DNA of 64,000 nt from Candidatus Hydrogenedentota bacterium (GCA_963668025.2 CAXXTH010000017.1:416001-480000); one strand, 5' to 3'; numbered from the stretch's first letter, positions 51,777 to 61,563 are shown. Numbers and translations are program-made. Notes: generated from the sequence alone by a model not told the origin.

Positions 51777-53246
51777 ATGCTGAAAATAGGGATGGCATGC
51801 ATATGCGGTGTTCTATGGGCGGGCGCGAGCTTCTCAGCGGAAGTGCCTTCCATGATCAACTACCAGGGTGCGCTCGTGGACAACGAGGGCAAACCGCTGG
51901 CGACGGGTGAATACACCCTGGAATTTGAGATTTACGACGCACTCACCAATGGCGCACTGGTGTGGGGACCTATGGTCTTCGACGGCGTAACTGCTTTCGG
52001 CCATGCGGCGAAAGCGCAAGTCGTGGAAGGGAATTTTAATGTGCTACTCGGGCCTATTGACACCAGCAAACGGCCTTTGATCAACGCCTTCGGTGGTACG
52101 GCCCGGTATGTCTCGATCAAAGTGCATGATCCCGTGACGAAAGCGGTCCATACCTTGGCCCCACGCCAGCAAATTCTAAGCGTACCTTTCGCGCTGAACG
52201 CCCAATATGCCGCAACCGCCCAGACCGTGGCTGCCGGAGTCGTGGACGCCGCCGCCATGGCCGACGGCGCTGCGCTCGAAGAGATTTCCGATAACGATGG
52301 CGCTGGTTCGGGCCTGGATGCGGACACAGTGGACGGCAAACACGCCAGCGAATTCATGGCCGCCAACAAGGATATCTGGGTGGATGCGCAAGGCGACACG
52401 CTAACAGGCGTCTTGGCCATCAATGGAAAATTAGCCGTGGGCCGGGCCGATGCGGACACCAAGCTCCACGTACAAGGCGGCAACTGGGATTTAACGAATA
52501 CCGACGGCGACGTAAAAATCGGCAACAGCGGATATGAACTCAAGATGGGCATCGCCACTTCCGGCGGCGGCGCGGGCGACGCCCGCATCCGCTCCCAAGG
52601 CGGCACTAACCGGCTGATTCTCGGCGCGGGGATCAACGACGCCTTGGCCATGGACAGCGCCGGGCGCGTGGGCATTGGCATACTAGCTCCCGAACAAAAA
52701 CTGGATGTGAATGGCAATGTCCAGACCACGGGCGAGTACCTGTATAGCGGCCCGCGCACTTTCCGGTTATTCCTATCGGCAGCCGCATTCAATCCTGCTA
52801 ACCTCCAGACCAGTTCGGACTGGAGGGTTACCAGTAACAACCGAGGCTATATCGAAACGTTTGGCTCAAGTGACGACATTGCCCTTTGCGCACCGGTGAA
52901 CTTGCCTCAAGGCGCACAAGTGACCAAGATGAAGGTGTATTACTTTGACAACTCCTCGTGGAGCATCTACATCGATGCAAAGCTGCAAAAAGGCCAAGCA
53001 TATGTTGGCGATGCTGTGCCTGCGGTGACCATGGCGCAAATCACATTCCATTCCGGAACCTTGGGAACCTCTCCGGATGTGCGAAGTTACAGTGATGAGA
53101 CCATCGTTGAACCCCAAATCAGCAACCTTTCGTATTCCTATGCCGTGCAAATAGATTATGTGCAAGAGGCGCTAGACGAGGGCCTAATTCCCACATTCGT
53201 CGGCGTCGGCATCGAGTATACCGTCACCAAAGCCTCCGGCGAGTAA
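51777..53246 (+). CDS. Secreted fibre-like protein 2 (longer shaft)
   Basis: Same N-terminal domain and GSGLDADTVDGKH motif. Extra GKLAVG...KLHVQG and GRVGIG...KLDVNG shaft repeats. RBS AAGGAG. Confidence 0.78.
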   Translation: MLKIGMACICGVLWAGASFSAEVPSMINYQGALVDNEGKPLATGEYTLEFEIYDALTNGALVWGPMVFDGVTAFGHAAKAQVVEGNFNVLLGPIDTSKRPLINAFGGTARYVSIKVHDPVTKAVHTLAPRQQILSVPFALNAQYAATAQTVAAGVVDAAAMADGAALEEISDNDGAGSGLDADTVDGKHASEFMAANKDIWVDAQGDTLTGVLAINGKLAVGRADADTKLHVQGGNWDLTNTDGDVKIGNSGYELKMGIATSGGGAGDARIRSQGGTNRLILGAGINDALAMDSAGRVGIGILAPEQKLDVNGNVQTTGEYLYSGPRTFRLFLSAAAFNPANLQTSSDWRVTSNNRGYIETFGSSDDIALCAPVNLPQGAQVTKMKVYYFDNSSWSIYIDAKLQKGQAYVGDAVPAVTMAQITFHSGTLGTSPDVRSYSDETIVEPQISNLSYSYAVQIDYVQEALDEGLIPTFVGVGIEYTVTKASGE

Positions 53247-53256
53247 GGAGAGGATT

Positions 53257-54000
53257 ATGCACAGATTGAAAATAACCCGCATAATCAGCCTTCGAGCGGC
53301 GGCCTATCTGGCCTTGATAGCCCTATGTATGGCGGCGAATCCCGCGCATGCCGCTTCGTTGAAATACTCGAAAGCCTGCGTGGAATTCCAAAACCGCTGG
53401 CACATGGCGCAAGGCCCCGAGTCGCCATCAAGCACCACCTGTTTTAATGGCCATGTGGCCACGGGCGCGGGCGACGCCAGCGCCCCGCATGATGGAAGCT
53501 ATACCCTCGTGCGCTCGCAATTCGGCCTGCCGTTTTACGGCGGCGTGAGCCTGCGGCCCGTGGACTCGGATGCTGATGGCATCCCGAACAGCACCGAAGG
53601 AGAAAGCGACCCCGACGGCGATTCACTCGGCAACTGGCAAGATCCGGATTCGGATGACGACGGCGTCCCCGATCAAACCGAAGCGGGGCCGAATCCGTTT
53701 ACACCCCTCGACTCCGATGGCGACGGCGCGCCTGATTATATTGACCTCGATAGCGACGATGACACACTGCCAGATACCTCCGAAGGATTGGGCGATCCGG
53801 ATTTGGATGATCTGCCAAACTACCTCGACCTGGATAGCGACGAGGACGGCTGGCCAGATGAAGACGAAGCCGCAGCCGGTTCGGATCCATATAATAGCGA
53901 TAGCGTGCCGCTGCCGTTGCGAAGCGGGCTCCTAGGCATGGCCTTCTTGATGGCAGGGATAATCAGAACCGTCTGGTGGCGCAAGCCGCATATAAGGTAA
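53257..54000 (+). CDS. Secreted protein with DxDxDG Ca-binding repeats and a C-terminal membrane anchor/sorting signal
   Basis: Signal peptide (AHA), DSDADGIPN/DSDDDGVPD/DSDGDGAPD repeats, and C-terminal VPLP-hydrophobic-RK. Confidence 0.78.
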   Translation: MHRLKITRIISLRAAAYLALIALCMAANPAHAASLKYSKACVEFQNRWHMAQGPESPSSTTCFNGHVATGAGDASAPHDGSYTLVRSQFGLPFYGGVSLRPVDSDADGIPNSTEGESDPDGDSLGNWQDPDSDDDGVPDQTEAGPNPFTPLDSDGDGAPDYIDLDSDDDTLPDTSEGLGDPDLDDLPNYLDLDSDEDGWPDEDEAAAGSDPYNSDSVPLPLRSGLLGMAFLMAGIIRTVWWRKPHIR

Positions 54001-54139
54001 AAACCGGGCAGCATGAGCAGGCCGCCACACCGAGGAAAACTCTTGTCCGGCGATTTGAAGCGCGGCGCAATTGGTTGAACGGCTCCTTGCCAGTATGATA
54101 CAGTCTTGGCGTTCGTTTCCACGTTGTGGAACGGAAAAT

Positions 54140-54216
54140 GGGCGACTAGCTCAGGTGGTTAGAGCGCCGTCTTCACACGGCGGAGGTCACTGGTTCAAGT
54201 CCAGTGTCGCCCACCA
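54140..54216 (+). tRNA. tRNA-Val(CAC)
   Basis: GGGCGAC/GTCGCCC acceptor stem, anticodon arm CCGTC-TTCACAC-GGCGG, GGTTCAAGTCC T-arm and encoded CCA. Confidence 0.97.
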
Positions 54217-54227
54217 TTAAAAACGTT

Positions 54228-54263
54228 CAGGCCAATAGCTGCATTCGAGCTATTGGCCTGTTT
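54228..54263. terminator. Stem-loop between the tRNA and the convergent CDS
   Basis: CAGGCCAATAGCT...AGCTATTGGCCTG-TTT. Confidence 0.75.
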
Positions 54264-54293
54264 GCGTTTTATGCGATGTATTTGACCGGCGTA

Positions 54294-55073
54294 TCAGGAG
54301 CCGTTTGGGCGTTTATCGTCGTTCCCGGATTCATCCTCGGGTGAATAGATGCCGCCATAGGGCAGCGTCTCCGCCTCGCCTGCGGCTTGCTGTTCATCCT
54401 CTTTGCTAGGCGCTGGGGCATCTGTATCCGATTCGCCGGGAAGGTAACTCATTTCTCCCGGTTCAAAGGGGACCAGCCCAGTCTTTTTTTTTTCGCCGCT
54501 GTAACTCACGGCGGCCGGATATTCTTTCGGAGATGGTGTGTCGAAACCGGCTTTTTTGTTAATGACGACATTGCGCGTGTTGAGGTCTACGCCTACGATG
54601 ACATCATCTCCCAGCAGCTTGCGGCCATGTTCCGCGATCAAGTCTTTGAGGCGCGCTTGGATCTCCCGCGTGCTGGCGCTGGCGGCTTTAAAAATATCCA
54701 CCACGGCGCAAATGCGCACCCGGCGTTGATCATCGGCGGGCTCGAAATGCACATTCGACCATTTCACTTCCGGATCGCGCGCCAACAGCCGGGCGAGAGT
54801 CCGCTCCATGCCATTTAATTGAATCACGTTCTGGCCCAGGGCATCCGGGAAGGAAATGGATTTTCCCCGCTGCCTTCTGGGAAACGGGATGAGCGCCCAT
54901 AGGGCCACGGCCACGATTAGGATGGCCACAACGACGCGCACAAGCCCGTTGTCTGGGGCCAGCGTCGCCACCATGCGGTATAATTCGGATGAAGGCTTAA
55001 ATATCAGCATCACGCCAGAAGCAAGCAGTCCGGCGCAAATGGCCTTCAGCGCAAGAGCTTGAAGCATTCTCAT
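54294..55073 (-). CDS. Membrane-anchored hypothetical protein (possibly AmaP/Asp23-like)
   Basis: Two N-terminal TM helices, an alpha/beta domain and an acidic tail. RBS AAGGAG. The family is a guess from architecture. Confidence 0.6.
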   Translation of the reverse strand: MRMLQALALKAICAGLLASGVMLIFKPSSELYRMVATLAPDNGLVRVVVAILIVAVALWALIPFPRRQRGKSISFPDALGQNVIQLNGMERTLARLLARDPEVKWSNVHFEPADDQRRVRICAVVDIFKAASASTREIQARLKDLIAEHGRKLLGDDVIVGVDLNTRNVVINKKAGFDTPSPKEYPAAVSYSGEKKKTGLVPFEPGEMSYLPGESDTDAPAPSKEDEQQAAGEAETLPYGGIYSPEDESGNDDKRPNGS

Positions 55074-55229
55074 CGCTGTGTGTTCTCCTTAGCGGCGGCG
55101 CGGAATAGTTGGCGGCCGCCTGCCGGTTGAGGCGCATGTTGCAGCTTTACGTTGCGCGCACCAATAAAGCAAGCGTACCTGAAGCTTCCCTAGCGCCTCA
55201 AGTTTCCAGTAGAACCGATGTTTTCCGGC

Positions 55230-56072
55230 CTAGCGGAAATAGTGCTTGAACCCGATTGTGAAAGCCGAAGCGTTAAAATCATAATCACGGCGGTTGAACC
55301 AGGTGTAGCCTGCGTTGAAGCTCAGGGCGCTGTGTTCGTTGACCGGCACATCGACGCCTATGTTTCCATTGAAGCTCGGAATCAGCCATTCGTCACTCAA
55401 CTCGACGCCCAAATGGCGCATCGAATCAAAAGGTTTAATCGATGTACGGGCGCGGGCGCGGTAGGTGGCGTAGGTCCAGGTGGCCCGTCCGCCCAGCACC
55501 GGTTTCGCGGCGCACAAACGTTCGCCCCACGAATCATAATGCTGGAGCACGGGCATGCCAAAGGGGAAATAATCGAGCCCTATGCCCGCATACAGCGCGG
55601 TGCGTTTGATTTCGAAATCCGTATGAAGCGGCAGGCCAGCGAAGATGCTGCGGTCATCTTCCTTCGTGCGCACCTTGCCGCCGGTGTAGCCCGTTTGCAC
55701 GAACAACGCCCAGTGGTTCGACAAGTTGCGCCCCAGGCCGAAATGGGGTGCCCACAGCAGATGGAGGTCCCGCAGGTCGCCCACGGTCATTGCATCGTCA
55801 TACCCTGGGGCCGCGATGCGCATGGCGTTGTCGTATATGGAAACCAGCCGCTCACTCTCCATCTTTGGATACACATTCACGAGAGCGAAGAAAACAAACC
55901 ACGGCGGTATGGAAGGAGAAGCTTGCGCGTCCGGGGCGGCTTGTTGTTCTGGTGAGCTTGAACCGGCATTCGTATGTGCTTCTTCGCATGCCGCTGGTAT
56001 TGTACCGGCCACTACTATGAATACCACCGTTGCTTGAGCGAGCCTGAGCGCAGCGTATCCCAGTTTTTTCAT
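55230..56072 (-). CDS. Probable outer-membrane beta-barrel protein
   Basis: Signal peptide, amphipathic strands (LYAGIGLDYF, GNIGVDVPV, LSFNAGY) and C-terminal IGFKHYFR. Confidence 0.7.
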   Translation of the reverse strand: MKKLGYAALRLAQATVVFIVVAGTIPAACEEAHTNAGSSSPEQQAAPDAQASPSIPPWFVFFALVNVYPKMESERLVSIYDNAMRIAAPGYDDAMTVGDLRDLHLLWAPHFGLGRNLSNHWALFVQTGYTGGKVRTKEDDRSIFAGLPLHTDFEIKRTALYAGIGLDYFPFGMPVLQHYDSWGERLCAAKPVLGGRATWTYATYRARARTSIKPFDSMRHLGVELSDEWLIPSFNGNIGVDVPVNEHSALSFNAGYTWFNRRDYDFNASAFTIGFKHYFR

Positions 56073-56287
56073 CGAATCTTGCTTCCCCCGCATAAGCATA
56101 AGGTCGGCCTGTATTACCGCGAATGTACGGAGAACAAGCCGTATACTATGGAGAACGAAGATAACAGATGTTCAAGCCAGGCTCAATAAGCAAAAAGCCC
56201 GGGTAAATCGCCAGCCGACTGAAACAGTTTGAAACAGCATGGCAAAATGATTCAATTGCTCATTTATTATGTATTATTAAATTTTCA

Positions 56288-56468
56288 GTAATACTTTAGC
56301 CATATGAAGCAGCATCTGATGGCTTTTGACTTGTTTATTGCATCGCAACGGTATTGATATTCCATGTAACGACCGCCGGGGGCGGTGGCCCCACACTTTT
56401 TTCTAGTAAGCAATGTGTGGGACTGGCACCCTCGCCGGTCATTCTTCACCATTTCGCTAAAGCGTTAC
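56288..56468. repeat. MITE-like element (181 bp) with an internal REP-like palindrome pair
   Basis: GTAATACTTTAGC ... GGTCATTCTTCACCATTTCGCTAAAGCGTTAC. Same ends as 36583-36721. Confidence 0.72.
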
Positions 56469-56515
56469 CATACTTTAAGAAATACCGCAATATATTGTGC
56501 TTTTCTTTTCTGTAC

Positions 56516-56620
56516 GAACAGTGGAGTGCGCGGCATAAGGGAGAGGTGGTCCTTCGTGTGTTGCGGGGAGAGCCGGTGGACACGTTGTGAGCCGTGAGCT
56601 TGAGGTGGGGAGTGAACAGG
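56516..56620 (+). pseudogene. Frameshifted fragment of an IS3-like transposase HTH region
   Basis: QWSARHKGEVVLRVLRGEPVDTL, then after a frameshift SRELEVG. Resembles the W...K.EVVLR.LRGE..D..SREL start of IS3-type OrfA proteins. Confidence 0.55.
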
Positions 56621-56752
56621 ACGTCGCTATTCACGGTGGAGGAAGGCCACGTGGGGATTTCCCAAATACATTGTACAATTCTTTTGACCATCTGGCCTTC
56701 AGCGGGGACATACATGTAGAGTTTAGTTAATCACTAAGGGAGTCAGCGACCA

Positions 56753-58600
56753 ATGGAAGACGTGGATAGAATCGCATTGCAACAATGGATTGCATCTCGA
56801 GATGCCGAAGCGTTCAAAGAGCTCACAACTCGCTATGCAGGGATCGTCTATGCCACCTGTCGCCGTATCTTGGGCAATTCGACGGATGCAGAAGATATCA
56901 CCCAGGAGTGTTTCGAGATCCTTGCGCAAGCCAAGGAAATCACCAGAATCCATTCCGTCGGTGCATGGCTGCACGGCATGGCCACAAACCGCTCAATAAA
57001 ACGCATTCGGAGCGATCATCGCGGGAAAAGCCGGGAGGCTTGCTTCTCGAGCATATCTCCCAGAACGACGGACGTCACATGGAATGATCTTTACGAATAT
57101 GTGGACGAAGCTGTTTGCAGACTGCCCATGGAGCTTCGGGAACCCATCCTCCTCCACTTCTTTGAAGACAATACGCACGAATCCATCGCAAAGAAACTCG
57201 GCGTCGCACGGTCCACCATCAGCTACCGTATCCAAATGGGCATCGAAACCATTCGCAAGCAACTGAAACGACAAGGGATCGTGGTTGCGGGTTCCGCGTT
57301 GACCGTCTTGATGACACGACATCTCGTAGCCGAAGCCGTCCCGACAACGCTGACTGCTACCCTGGCAAGGATCGGATTGGCCGGCGTGACGCGCACAAAT
57401 ACAGCAGGAGCTTGGGGATTCATATACGAGATCATGCACCCGCAAAGCGTCATGATCGCGGCGGCACTGCTCTTTGTAGCCGCTCTGGCATCGTGGGCTT
57501 TGTACACAAGACATACCACCGAATCAACGATGCAGACTCCACAGACGGCAACCCTCGAAGCGCCGACGGAACCGCTGCCTTTGAAGTCGGTCCAGCCGCC
57601 GCCGGTAATCAATCTCACGGACGCCCAGAACAGCAACACGCCGCTTGTGGCGCCTACAACCGAAGCCACATCGCCTAACGATAGTGTCTCCAGTTCCGCC
57701 GTGGGAACCATTCACGGGGCCATGCGTTATCGGGGAACGCCAATGGCTGGTATGGCAATTCAGTTGAATCGTCAAGAAAAGTGCACCGAGGCGAAAACAG
57801 ACAAGGCGGGAACATACATCTTTGAAGATGTACCACCCGGCCAATACACGCTTCTGGGTTGGTTGTCTCCTAGTCGCGAGGACCGTTTTCCCCAGCTTAT
57901 CCGAAAAGAGCAAATAACACTAAAACCGGGCACTGACACCATAGTGGATTTTGATTTTCCCGCCCCTGGTGGATTCCTTGAGGGCGTACTCACGTACCAG
58001 GGTCAGCCAATAGAACATACCAGTCTTGCAAGGTGCGAACTACGCGTAACAGATGAAAAGGGGACTGAAGTGTATGCAAATGGGACGGGAGTAGGTCCGA
58101 ATGGGAGGTATGCTTTCGAGAAAGTGAACGGTGGTTCTGCCTTGTTTGAAGCATGGGCAACCCTTAGCGTGGAAGGAGTAAAGAGCCAACTACGGTATAC
58201 CTGCAAGCTGAAAATACCGGAAGGGAAGGAAGTATTCAGAACGATAGAAATGGACAAGCAGAAAGACTCTCTGATTGTGCATCTCCAGGGCAACACAGAG
58301 CATTCCTCCGGAAGCCTTACGATGCTAAGAGGGAAAGTCGACATTGAGTTTGGCAAGCTGTCGGAGAAGTATCTCGAATCATTCAGTCCTCTAATAGTTA
58401 CCTATAGAGATGTCGACAGAAGTGATGCCTGCCAGTTTGGCCCACTCGAACCGGGAACCTACACCCTTCTCCTCATGGCGATTGATCGAAAGTACTTGGA
58501 CAAACCAGAAAAGGAACAGATCGAGAATGGGCAGTTTCTGACAAAAACAGTGAGCATCATCGCGGGGCAGACGCAGGAAGTCACTTTTTTCTTGGAATAA
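56753..58600 (+). CDS. ECF sigma factor with a TM segment and extracytoplasmic carboxypeptidase-regulatory-like beta domains
   Basis: AFKELTTRY, DAEDITQECF, GAWLHG, and region 4 THESIAKKLGVARSTI. TM VMIAAALLFVAALASWAL. TDKAGTYIFEDVPPGQY-type repeats. Confidence 0.88.
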   Translation: MEDVDRIALQQWIASRDAEAFKELTTRYAGIVYATCRRILGNSTDAEDITQECFEILAQAKEITRIHSVGAWLHGMATNRSIKRIRSDHRGKSREACFSSISPRTTDVTWNDLYEYVDEAVCRLPMELREPILLHFFEDNTHESIAKKLGVARSTISYRIQMGIETIRKQLKRQGIVVAGSALTVLMTRHLVAEAVPTTLTATLARIGLAGVTRTNTAGAWGFIYEIMHPQSVMIAAALLFVAALASWALYTRHTTESTMQTPQTATLEAPTEPLPLKSVQPPPVINLTDAQNSNTPLVAPTTEATSPNDSVSSSAVGTIHGAMRYRGTPMAGMAIQLNRQEKCTEAKTDKAGTYIFEDVPPGQYTLLGWLSPSREDRFPQLIRKEQITLKPGTDTIVDFDFPAPGGFLEGVLTYQGQPIEHTSLARCELRVTDEKGTEVYANGTGVGPNGRYAFEKVNGGSALFEAWATLSVEGVKSQLRYTCKLKIPEGKEVFRTIEMDKQKDSLIVHLQGNTEHSSGSLTMLRGKVDIEFGKLSEKYLESFSPLIVTYRDVDRSDACQFGPLEPGTYTLLLMAIDRKYLDKPEKEQIENGQFLTKTVSIIAGQTQEVTFFLE

Positions 58601-58915
58601 TGAGATCACTCGCAGGAGCGCGGTGCAGCAACGCTTATAGGATCTCTTCGGCTTAGGCCGCGCCGAAGAACAGTTAACACAACACGCACGCCTTTCATAA
58701 ACTCCTTCTATAAAACTACTTATGCCGACGAAAACTCCATCCGGAGAAAACTCAGGTTAAATATATGACACTTTTGCCAGAAAACAATCAGTGACATGTT
58801 AGCCCGTTCAGGAAAGTGCTTACCGACTGAAGCTAGCAGCCTAGGGAAGGGATACTATAAACGTCAAGCCGATGCCCGTTACTGCATTACATTACCGGCT
58901 ACCCAGTAATACAAA

Positions 58916-58947
58916 ACCGCCCCGGATTTTGTGTGAATCCGGGGCGG
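58916..58947 (-). terminator. Rho-independent terminator
   Basis: CCGCCCCGGATT...AATCCGGGGCGG, with a T-run on the minus strand. Confidence 0.8.
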
Positions 58948-58965
58948 CTGGCGGCATGAGGATTC

Positions 58966-61563
58966 TTACTCAGGGATAATATACAGATCGTTCGGGTGAT
59001 ACAGTAAATCGCGGTATAGCGCCGTGGCTTTCCAATATGGCCCGGACGCATTTTCCTTCACGCTGTAGAAAGCGTAGGTGCTGGTGGATTGGTCCGCATT
59101 GGCGTCGAATGCATAGATGCCGCCCAGGCCGATAGCGCCATTGGGATTGCTGATCTTCGCCCAAAGCGTGGCGGCGTCCGCGTCAAGGCTTGTGGTGGCA
59201 TACCCATACGTGGCAAGCCAAAGCGCATCATATGCGCTGATTTCATTCCAGGCGGCGGACCCATCCAGCAGCGGCTCCAGATACGAACCGAGCGCGTTGC
59301 GCATGGGCGAGAAGCGTCGCATCCCGGCCACATCATAGGTGGAACAGGTAAGGCTGGTCGCTTTAGCCGCCGCCAGCGCCTGCTCGGAAGCCAGCAGTAT
59401 ACGGCTTTGGCAAATGCCGTCCGTGCCATACCATTTCACCGTGGTCAATGGGCCTTCCTCGACTTGCTCGAGCAGTTGGACGCCTTCTTGAATGCTCACG
59501 ACGAGTACGGCGGCGTTCTCCGTGGATTCGGCGTTTTCAATATGCCGCTCGGCGGCGTCCAGCACATCCGAGAAATCCGTCGTATCCGCCGCATACGGAA
59601 TGGCCGTGGCTTCGCCCGCGAAAGCCGCTTGGAATGCCTCCACGAAATCCACGCCATAGGTGTCGTCGATGTAGAGCAAGGCCACATCCGTTTTTCCTTG
59701 ATAAGTGAGCAAGCGCGACACCGCCTTGGCCTGGCGTGCGTCTGTCGCCGTCATGCGCATGATGCGGTCCACTTTGGCCAATGACGGGGCGGTGCTGGTG
59801 GTGCTGATGGCCACCATGCCCGTCTCATTCACATATGCTTCCACGGCGGCCAGTTCGCCGCTGCTGATCGGGCCGACTATCAGGTTCACCCCCCGGGCGT
59901 GCAGGGCCTTGACCTGCGCCAAGGCCGTGGCCGGATCGCTCCTCGTGTCGCACACATCCACATTGAAGTGAATATCGAGCCCTTCCGTGACGGGGTAATA
60001 GGTGTTCGCTTGATCCAAGGCGAGATAGATGGCTTGCAGCGCGCCCAAGCCATCTTCCGCGTTCGCACCCGTGAGCGGCAGCACCGCGCCAATCGTGGCG
60101 GTTCCAGACTCTTCCGTGAAGAACGAAGTGGCGTCGGTGATATACGGCCCCAACGTGATGTGCTGGATGAATACGCCCGCGAAATTCCATCCGGGCGTTC
60201 CATTGCTTCTCTCGCCCATGGCGAAGCGGGATTGCATGACGACCGACATGTCGCCATTCGCGTCGAGGATACTTAGTTGTCCAAACACGCTGAAGGTGCT
60301 GCCGATCACGGTCTCGAAATTCGTCTTCAACGTGGCGGCGTCCGCAGTGGGATTGGCATGGTAGGTTTCGCCAATCACCCATAGCGCGTCCCACGTGGAC
60401 AACGAAGAGGGCATCGGGGCCGTGCCCAGCGTATTGCTCATCACCGCGTCAGCCAGCATGATGGGCATCACGGGGATGGATTCCTGGCAGGGGACCGTGA
60501 AGCCTTCCAGCTTCACTTTGCTGGCGAATGCCGAAGCGTCCACGTCTGAAACGATGGAAGGATGCCGCACGATTTGGTCCGTGGCATACCACTTCACATG
60601 GGCCAGCGTGCTGTCGAGTCCCGCCGCCTTAAAAAGGCCCGCCGCGTCCGAGTCCTGGCCAATCAGCAAGATGGCAGTCGAGGCCGTGTCCAACCCGGCG
60701 ATGGCGTCCGCGATTTGCCCCGCCAATAGGGTGTAATCGACATTCGTGGGATCATACGCGATGGCATCCAGCGCCACGACATCACTATCGGCCTCTTCGA
60801 TATCCGCGCGGAACGCCTCCAGAAGGTCGCGCCCATACACATCATCGAGATAGACAGGAAGCACATTGGCAATCCCTTGCCGCTGCATGAGCATCGCAAG
60901 GGCCTTGGCTTGGTTCGTATCGTTCGGTATGAGCCGGTAGAGATTGTCGGGCAGCGCGAGCGAGATGGCCGTACTGGACGGGCTGATCAAAATGATGCCG
61001 TGCTCGTTGGCGTAATCCACGACCGCGGCAGCCTCCCCGCTGCTCATGGGGCCTACGACCATCCGCACGCCTTGCGCGTCAAGAGATTTTAGGGCCTCGA
61101 GCGCCGTGGCGGGATCGCCGCTGCTGTTATACGTCAAGAGTTCGAGCTGAAGGTGTTCGCTGTCATAATACGCATTCGCCGTATCGAGCGCCTCATACAA
61201 AGCCACGTTCGCGCTCTGGCCTGCGGTGGCCCATAGCCCGTCCATCGGCAAAATAGCGCCCACCTGCACCGTTGTGGTTTCCGTGGGCGCGGCGCCTAAA
61301 GAAACCACCAAGTTGACGGTAGTCCCTCGCGTTACCCATGTACCCGGCAGCGGCTCTTGCGTTATCACATCGCCTTCCGCCAAGATATCGTGATATGCGG
61401 TAGTGACAGTTCCCACGCTTAAATTGTTGTCTATGATCATGATCTCGGCATAGTCCTGGGTCATGCTCGTGAGATCCGGCACCCGAATGCCCATCGGACA
61501 CCCGCATGTTAGAACCACCAGCACAAGCCCCATCCCGATGCTCAACAATCCCCTACTACCCAT
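58966..61563 (-). CDS. Lipoprotein with a PASTA domain and two tandem LivJ-like periplasmic binding domains
   Basis: LTCGC lipobox. VPDL...GDVITQEP.PG...VNLVVSLG (PASTA). Two copies of GA(I/V)LP..G...VGP.SSGE...S..STA.SLA. Confidence 0.85.
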   Translation of the reverse strand: MGSRGLLSIGMGLVLVVLTCGCPMGIRVPDLTSMTQDYAEIMIIDNNLSVGTVTTAYHDILAEGDVITQEPLPGTWVTRGTTVNLVVSLGAAPTETTTVQVGAILPMDGLWATAGQSANVALYEALDTANAYYDSEHLQLELLTYNSSGDPATALEALKSLDAQGVRMVVGPMSSGEAAAVVDYANEHGIILISPSSTAISLALPDNLYRLIPNDTNQAKALAMLMQRQGIANVLPVYLDDVYGRDLLEAFRADIEEADSDVVALDAIAYDPTNVDYTLLAGQIADAIAGLDTASTAILLIGQDSDAAGLFKAAGLDSTLAHVKWYATDQIVRHPSIVSDVDASAFASKVKLEGFTVPCQESIPVMPIMLADAVMSNTLGTAPMPSSLSTWDALWVIGETYHANPTADAATLKTNFETVIGSTFSVFGQLSILDANGDMSVVMQSRFAMGERSNGTPGWNFAGVFIQHITLGPYITDATSFFTEESGTATIGAVLPLTGANAEDGLGALQAIYLALDQANTYYPVTEGLDIHFNVDVCDTRSDPATALAQVKALHARGVNLIVGPISSGELAAVEAYVNETGMVAISTTSTAPSLAKVDRIMRMTATDARQAKAVSRLLTYQGKTDVALLYIDDTYGVDFVEAFQAAFAGEATAIPYAADTTDFSDVLDAAERHIENAESTENAAVLVVSIQEGVQLLEQVEEGPLTTVKWYGTDGICQSRILLASEQALAAAKATSLTCSTYDVAGMRRFSPMRNALGSYLEPLLDGSAAWNEISAYDALWLATYGYATTSLDADAATLWAKISNPNGAIGLGGIYAFDANADQSTSTYAFYSVKENASGPYWKATALYRDLLYHPNDLYIIPE

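Noticed and set aside
50591-53246. Fibre genes as prophage/tailocin remnants or DGR targets
   Set aside because: Both have signal peptides and there are no phage structural genes. No reverse transcriptase or adenine-variant repeat pair is present.
54140-54216. tRNA-Val as the attachment site of an island or prophage
   Set aside because: No integrase, and no duplicate of the tRNA 3' end was seen in the window.
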